From contig CAJYAP010000001.1 in the NCBI GenBank assembly GCA_913065025.1, forward strand, positions 49,545 to 113,544: 64,000 bases of DNA, written 5' to 3'. The position numbers and the translations under genes are program-made. The DNA comes from an uncultured Gammaproteobacteria bacterium (GTDB taxonomy: Bacteria > Pseudomonadota > Gammaproteobacteria > Poriferisulfidales > GCA-002705445). The notes below the pieces were generated by a model. That model did not search any database and was not told where the DNA came from. It saw only the letters and a list, made by a program, of their open reading frames with translations. Shown here in pieces: positions 59,410 through 64,000 of the stretch (position 1 is the stretch's first letter; every line of letters starts with the position of its first letter).

Positions 59410-59843
59410 CTTAATAGTCTATCTTTTGCAGCATTTATTTTTGCCGCAATATCTTTTGACCCACCTTTATCTGGATGATGTTTTTGCATTTCTCTTTTGT
59501 GAGCAAATATAATCTCCTGCTTAGATGAGTTTTCACTTACTCCTAGTATAGCGGCGGCTTCTTTTCGAGACATATTATTTGAGTTTTTTCGCTGATTATT
59601 ATTTTTATAGCTTGATGTAAATCTCTTAATTATTGGCAAATACCTGAATATGATAAATAATTTTTTTATAATCGGTATTAAGGCAACAATTAATGCAGAT
59701 ATCCAGTGAGCTTTTCCGGTGGCTACTAAGTATAAAATTATTATGGAAAGTATAAAAAATAGGAGTTTAGGTCTACTTTTTATTTTTTTTGAAGCATAAA
59801 TTATTGATATTATTGCTAAAATTAAAGTAATTATATAAATCAT
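59406..59843 (-). CDS. Membrane-anchored J-domain protein (DjlA-like, short)
   Basis: 145 aa. Two N-terminal TM helices and a C-terminal J domain with the HPD tripeptide (QKHHPDKGGS). Confidence 0.6.
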   Translation of the reverse strand: MIYIITLILAIISIIYASKKIKSRPKLLFFILSIIILYLVATGKAHWISALIVALIPIIKKLFIIFRYLPIIKRFTSSYKNNNQRKNSNNMSRKEAAAILGVSENSSKQEIIFAHKREMQKHHPDKGGSKDIAAKINAAKDRLLS

Positions 59844-59945
59844 AGATTTAAATTTTTTTCTTGTATATTTTAAGTTATTTAGAGATTATATAAACATAAT
59901 AACAAGAACAACAATAATAAAATTAATGAATATCGAGGAAATATA

Positions 59946-60812
59946 ATGAAAGTTAAAATAAAAGCATGTGACCAAAATTTAGAAATAAACTTAGAGGAAT
60001 ACGGTAAAGGTAAAGGAGGAACCCCAATATTATTTGTTCATGGAATTCCAACAAATGCAAGATTATGGAGGCATGTTCAAAAAAACTTAGAGGGAAATTT
60101 TCATTCATATGCTATGGATATGGTTGGATATGGCCAATCTTCAATGCCGCTAGATGATTTCGAGCATACATTTAATAATCAAGCTGAAGCTATTAAAGCT
60201 GTTATAGAAGAATTGGGCATAAAAGGCAACGTCATCTTGGTTGGACATGACCATGGTGGGGGTGTATGCCAGGTATTCGCTTCTAAATATTGTGATCATA
60301 TTAGTAGGTTAGTTCTTTTAAACCCTGTAGCTTATGATTATTGGCCAGTATTAGAAGTAGAAGCTTTTAATGGGTTAGTTGGGGCTAGCGATGAAGTTTT
60401 GGCTGGAGCAATGCCTGGAGCAGTAGCTCAATTTGCAGGCTTAATGAGAACAGGAAGTCACGATAAAATTGCTTTTACAGACAAAAATGTAAAAGAAAAC
60501 TACTTGTGCCACTGGGGAAGAGATGGTTTAACAGGTTTTAAATCGCTAGTTAAAATATGTTCTCAGCCAACTAACGAAGAAACTTTGGCAGTCGATCATA
60601 AGAAAATTACATGTCCAACTGCAGTCTTTTGGGCTCTACATGATGCATGGATGCCAAAAGAATCTGGCGAACGATTAAAGCAAGATATTGCAGGTCCTGT
60701 TAGATTACAGTTTATAGAAAGAGCAGGGCACTGGTCTCAAGAAGACAGGCCTGATGAAGTTGCTGCATTAATTGAAGATTTTATAACTGAGTGGGAAGGG
60801 GTTAAAATATAA
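59946..60812 (+). CDS. Alpha/beta-fold hydrolase (haloalkane-dehalogenase / epoxide-hydrolase-like)
   Basis: 288 aa. HGIPTNARLW oxyanion region and a nucleophile elbow context VGHDHGGGV (a Gly-x-Asp-x-Gly variant suggesting an Asp nucleophile, as in dehalogenases and epoxide hydrolases). Confidence 0.65.
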   Translation: MKVKIKACDQNLEINLEEYGKGKGGTPILFVHGIPTNARLWRHVQKNLEGNFHSYAMDMVGYGQSSMPLDDFEHTFNNQAEAIKAVIEELGIKGNVILVGHDHGGGVCQVFASKYCDHISRLVLLNPVAYDYWPVLEVEAFNGLVGASDEVLAGAMPGAVAQFAGLMRTGSHDKIAFTDKNVKENYLCHWGRDGLTGFKSLVKICSQPTNEETLAVDHKKITCPTAVFWALHDAWMPKESGERLKQDIAGPVRLQFIERAGHWSQEDRPDEVAALIEDFITEWEGVKI

Positions 60813-60848
60813 CTCAGCTAGATTATTCCTAACTAAGTCTACTTTTCT

Positions 60849-61823
60849 TTAAAGAAGATCTAGAACAGAATCTCTTTCGTTAAGAAGTTCATTCTCAGTA
60901 GTCTTTATATAATCGTTTAAAACTTCCGAAATAGCTAAGTTACCTATTATTGAATAGCTTCCATTTGAACAAACCGAAGGAAATGAAAACATTAGGTTTT
61001 CAGAAATCCCAAAAGGATTGCCATTTGAAATTTGACCAATACTTAACCAATCATTATTTCCTAAAACCCAGTCTCGCATATGTGTAATTGCTGCATTGGC
61101 TGCTGATGCTGCAGAAGATAAACCTCTTGCTTCAATGATTTCAGCGCCTCTTTTTTGTATTCTTGGAATAAAATTATTTGTATACCAATCTTCATTCATA
61201 ACTTTTTTAATGCTATTCCCAGATACCTCAGCATACGATAAATCTGGTACCTGTGTATTTGAATGATTACCCCAAACAATTATTTTTTTAACTTCATTTA
61301 TGGTTACATTAAATTTATTTGCAACTTGTGCTAAAGATCTATCATGATCAAGACGCATCATCGATGTGAATTGCGATGGTTTAATACTTGGAGCATTATG
61401 CATTGCGATTAATGCATTTGTATTAGCTGGATTACCCACAACCAATACTTTGATATTTTTATTGGCAACTTCATCAATAGCCTTGCCTTGTGGTTTAAAT
61501 ATTTTTCCATTGTCTTTTAATAGGTCTTTTCTTTCCATGCCTTTCATTCTGGGTTTTGCACCTATAAGCAAAGCAAAATCACATTTATCAAAACCTTCTG
61601 TAAGATCAAACGTTGTTGTAATTGAATTGAGAAGAGGAAATGCACAATCCTCAAGCTCGTATTTAACACCATTTAGTGCGCTCATTGCTGGCTCAATATC
61701 TATCAGCTTAATATTTACCGGCTGATCAATACCCAACATTTGCCCTGATGCTACTCTAAATATTGCAGAATAAGCGATATTTCCTGCAGCCCCTGTTATT
61801 GCAACGTTAACTGGTTTTTTCAT
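60849..61823 (-). CDS. mdh: Malate dehydrogenase (LDH-like 'type 2' / cytosolic-Thermus type)
   Basis: 324 aa. N-terminal MKKPVNVAITGAAGNIAYS (GAAGxI) and IWGNHS motifs typical of the NAD-MDH type-2 family. Confidence 0.85.
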   Translation of the reverse strand: MKKPVNVAITGAAGNIAYSAIFRVASGQMLGIDQPVNIKLIDIEPAMSALNGVKYELEDCAFPLLNSITTTFDLTEGFDKCDFALLIGAKPRMKGMERKDLLKDNGKIFKPQGKAIDEVANKNIKVLVVGNPANTNALIAMHNAPSIKPSQFTSMMRLDHDRSLAQVANKFNVTINEVKKIIVWGNHSNTQVPDLSYAEVSGNSIKKVMNEDWYTNNFIPRIQKRGAEIIEARGLSSAASAANAAITHMRDWVLGNNDWLSIGQISNGNPFGISENLMFSFPSVCSNGSYSIIGNLAISEVLNDYIKTTENELLNERDSVLDLL

Positions 61824-61836
61824 TTTATTATTTTAC

Positions 61837-62958
61837 CTATTGTTTGTGTTCTTTTTTCATGTATTCGCTTGACTGCATTTCATTAAGTCTGCTTTTTGTT
61901 CTTTTGAAATCACTATTTATTTTTTTTATATCGCAAAGATTATCAATTGCTACCTTAGCTGAAATTATAACCTTAACATTTCTATCGTAAAATTCATCAA
62001 TCATATTAAGAAATCTTCTAGCTTCATCAACCAAATCATCGTTCATTTCTGGGACACCTGAAATAAATACGTTTTGATAAATTTTTGAAATCTCTATGTA
62101 GTCATTTTGTGATCTCCCATCACCGCATATCACATCAAATTTAAACCAAACTGTATTGGACGATAAAAACCGAACATCAATATCTCTATTATTAACAGAA
62201 ATTGTTGCGCCTTCAAATACCGGTTTTCTTGTAAACCAGTTAAACCAGTCAGGCGCTATTGAAGAAAAATATTGCTGCATATTTAAATCAGTTTGTTCAT
62301 CATTTGGATAATGATATGTTCTAACATTTCCAAACTTTAATAGCCTATAATCCTTATTACTGTCTAAATGTATAATTTCTGAATTCTCTTCTATTAACTT
62401 TATTGCATATGTAAATTTTTCTCTTTGAAGTCCTTGTGAGTATAAATTTTTTGGCTCCGTATTTGATGTAAAAACTATAGTAACTTTGTTTGCAAATAAT
62501 CCTTTTAGAAGCTCTCCTAAAATCATTGCATCTGCAATATCATTAACAATAAATTCATCGAAGCATAAAACGCTTATTTCTGAGGATATATCTTTTGCAA
62601 TAACATCTATTGGGTTAGTGATATCTTTCTTCAAATTTAACTTTTCATGGATGTCATTCATAAATCTATGAAAATGAATTCTTTTTTTATCTTTTATTGG
62701 AAGCTCCTTGAAAAACATATCCATTAAAAAAGTCTTTCCTCTTCCAACGTCTCCATACAGATATATACCTTTGCTCTTAGAATTCTCACCTTTTCTAAAT
62801 AAATTTAAGCCGATATTTCCAAGTATTGATTCGCCTGGATTTCTAATTCCAAGTATTCGATTATATAATTCTTGAAAAGAATTAATGGTTTTTTGTTGCT
62901 CAGGATCCATAAAGAAATCATTTCTTGAACTCAGAGCTTTATATTCATCTATTAACAT
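61837..62958 (-). CDS. zapE: Cell division protein ZapE (AFG1-like ATPase, YhcM)
   Basis: 373 aa. Walker A GDVGRGKTFLMD, Walker B (VLCFDEF), AFG1-family architecture. Confidence 0.75.
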   Translation of the reverse strand: MLIDEYKALSSRNDFFMDPEQQKTINSFQELYNRILGIRNPGESILGNIGLNLFRKGENSKSKGIYLYGDVGRGKTFLMDMFFKELPIKDKKRIHFHRFMNDIHEKLNLKKDITNPIDVIAKDISSEISVLCFDEFIVNDIADAMILGELLKGLFANKVTIVFTSNTEPKNLYSQGLQREKFTYAIKLIEENSEIIHLDSNKDYRLLKFGNVRTYHYPNDEQTDLNMQQYFSSIAPDWFNWFTRKPVFEGATISVNNRDIDVRFLSSNTVWFKFDVICGDGRSQNDYIEISKIYQNVFISGVPEMNDDLVDEARRFLNMIDEFYDRNVKVIISAKVAIDNLCDIKKINSDFKRTKSRLNEMQSSEYMKKEHKQ

Positions 62959-63029
62959 AATATGATTGCAGTCTATATTTGAAACGAATAAAAATACAGC
63001 TCTTACACTTAATTTTCAAGGAATTATTA

Positions 63030-64000
63030 ATGGTTATAACTAGATTTGCACCAAGCCCTACAGGAAATTTGCACATTGGCGGTGCTAGGACAGCTTTATT
63101 TAACTGGTTGTTTGCAAGAAATCAAGGTGGGAAGTTCCTTTTAAGAATTGAAGATACTGATAAAGTTAGGTCTGAAACCAAATATGTCGAAAGCATACTA
63201 GAGTCTCTTGACTGGTTAGGAATTGATTATGATGACAGTCTGGTATATCAAAGTGATAGGTCTGACAAATATACTTCGGCTATAGATAAGTTACTGGCTT
63301 CCGGAGATGCGTACTATTGTAATTGCTCCAAAGAGGAGCTTGATAAACTTAGATCAGAACAGCAAAAATCAGGGCTAAAACCAAAATATGATGGAAGAAA
63401 TAGAGAGTTATCTTTAGAAAATGGCTCTGATACAGTTGTAAGGTTCAAAACCCCATTAGAAGGGGAGATTACTCTTGAAGATACATTAAAAGGCAATGTT
63501 TCAGTTAATAATAAAGAACTTGACGATTTAATCATACAAAGAGCTGATGGAACCCCAACTTATAACCTAACAGTAGTTGTTGACGACATTGATATGGGCA
63601 TAACAAACGTTATTAGAGGCGACGATCATCTTAATAACACTTATAGGCAGGCCCATATGATGAATGCGCTAGGGTATAAAATTCCAACTTACACACATAT
63701 ACCTTTAATTATGGGTGACGACAGGAAAAGGTTGTCAAAAAGACACGGTGCAACAAGCACATATGACTTTAGAAAAGAAGGATTTCTTCCAATATCAATA
63801 ATTAACTATTTAGCAAGATTAGGTTGGTCTGAGGGTAACAAAGAAAAATTTACCTTAGAAGAACTTATAGCTTTATTTAATCTAAAAAGTTTAAATAAAT
63901 CATCTTCAATATTTGATTATAAGAAGCTTAATTCACTTAATAAATATTTTATAAAAGAACTTCAAATAGATGATATATATAAAGAATTTATTCATTTAAC
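63030..64000 (+). CDS. gltX: Glutamyl-tRNA synthetase, N-terminal part (3' end beyond the window)
   Basis: MVITRFAPSPTGNLHIGGARTALFNWLFAR... class-I HIGH motif. The ORF stays open to the window end, so it is absent from the six-frame ORF list. Confidence 0.85.
   Translation, partial: MVITRFAPSPTGNLHIGGARTALFNWLFARNQGGKFLLRIEDTDKVRSETKYVESILESLDWLGIDYDDSLVYQSDRSDKYTSAIDKLLASGDAYYCNCSKEELDKLRSEQQKSGLKPKYDGRNRELSLENGSDTVVRFKTPLEGEITLEDTLKGNVSVNNKELDDLIIQRADGTPTYNLTVVVDDIDMGITNVIRGDDHLNNTYRQAHMMNALGYKIPTYTHIPLIMGDDRKRLSKRHGATSTYDFRKEGFLPISIINYLARLGWSEGNKEKFTLEELIALFNLKSLNKSSSIFDYKKLNSLNKYFIKELQIDDIYKEFIHL

Noticed and set aside
1-64000. Search for CRISPR arrays, IS elements/transposases, integrases, phage genes and toxin-antitoxin pairs
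   Set aside because: No direct-repeat/spacer periodicity, no transposase/integrase/recombinase-like ORFs, and no terminal inverted repeats were seen. Every sizeable ORF is accounted for by housekeeping or the cofactor module.

Overview
The window is a gene-dense, AT-rich stretch of a streamlined proteobacterial chromosome, roughly 30-35% GC by eye, with about 75 genes in 64 kb. Almost all of it is core housekeeping in conserved syntenic blocks:
- glyA-nrdR-ribD-ribE-ribBA-ribH-nusB-thiL-pgpA
- surE-pcm-(yqaA-like)-nlpD
- an aminotransferase-hom pair with a convergent thrC
- purB, fumC and acnA
- hflD-mnmA-nudix-infA
- fabD-fabG-acpP-fabF-pabC-mltG-tmk
- leuS-lptE ... holA
- prfB (with the programmed +1 frameshift)-lysS
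- ygfZ divergent from sdhCDAB-sdhE, then cspA, metX, gltA and mdh
- a scattered molybdenum-cofactor set (moaA, moaB, moaE, moeA, mobA, mobB, moeB) and one tRNA-Ala(GGC)

I saw no CRISPR array, IS element or prophage, and no compositional island.

The most interesting locus is 32268-36889, where holB would normally follow tmk. It holds four genes of archaeal-type families: a HisA-like TIM barrel, an ATP-grasp ligase, an ASKHA/hydantoinase-like 'H4MPT-linked C1 transfer pathway' protein, and a small amino-acid-kinase-fold kinase. These are the same four families as the orf19-orf22 genes of methylotroph C1 islands, and as the methanofuran biosynthesis enzymes MfnB/D/F/E. Here they are rearranged, with a bona fide pabB (PIKGT-lysine type) embedded in the same operon.

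Other points to check:
- a RibBA whose GTP-cyclohydrolase-II half is degenerate
- a two-gene insertion between lptE and holA
- a tightly coupled DUF1244-moeB-DUF2805 triplet
- moaE without moaD
- extreme compaction, including convergent gene pairs with 0-3 nt spacing and no room for terminators
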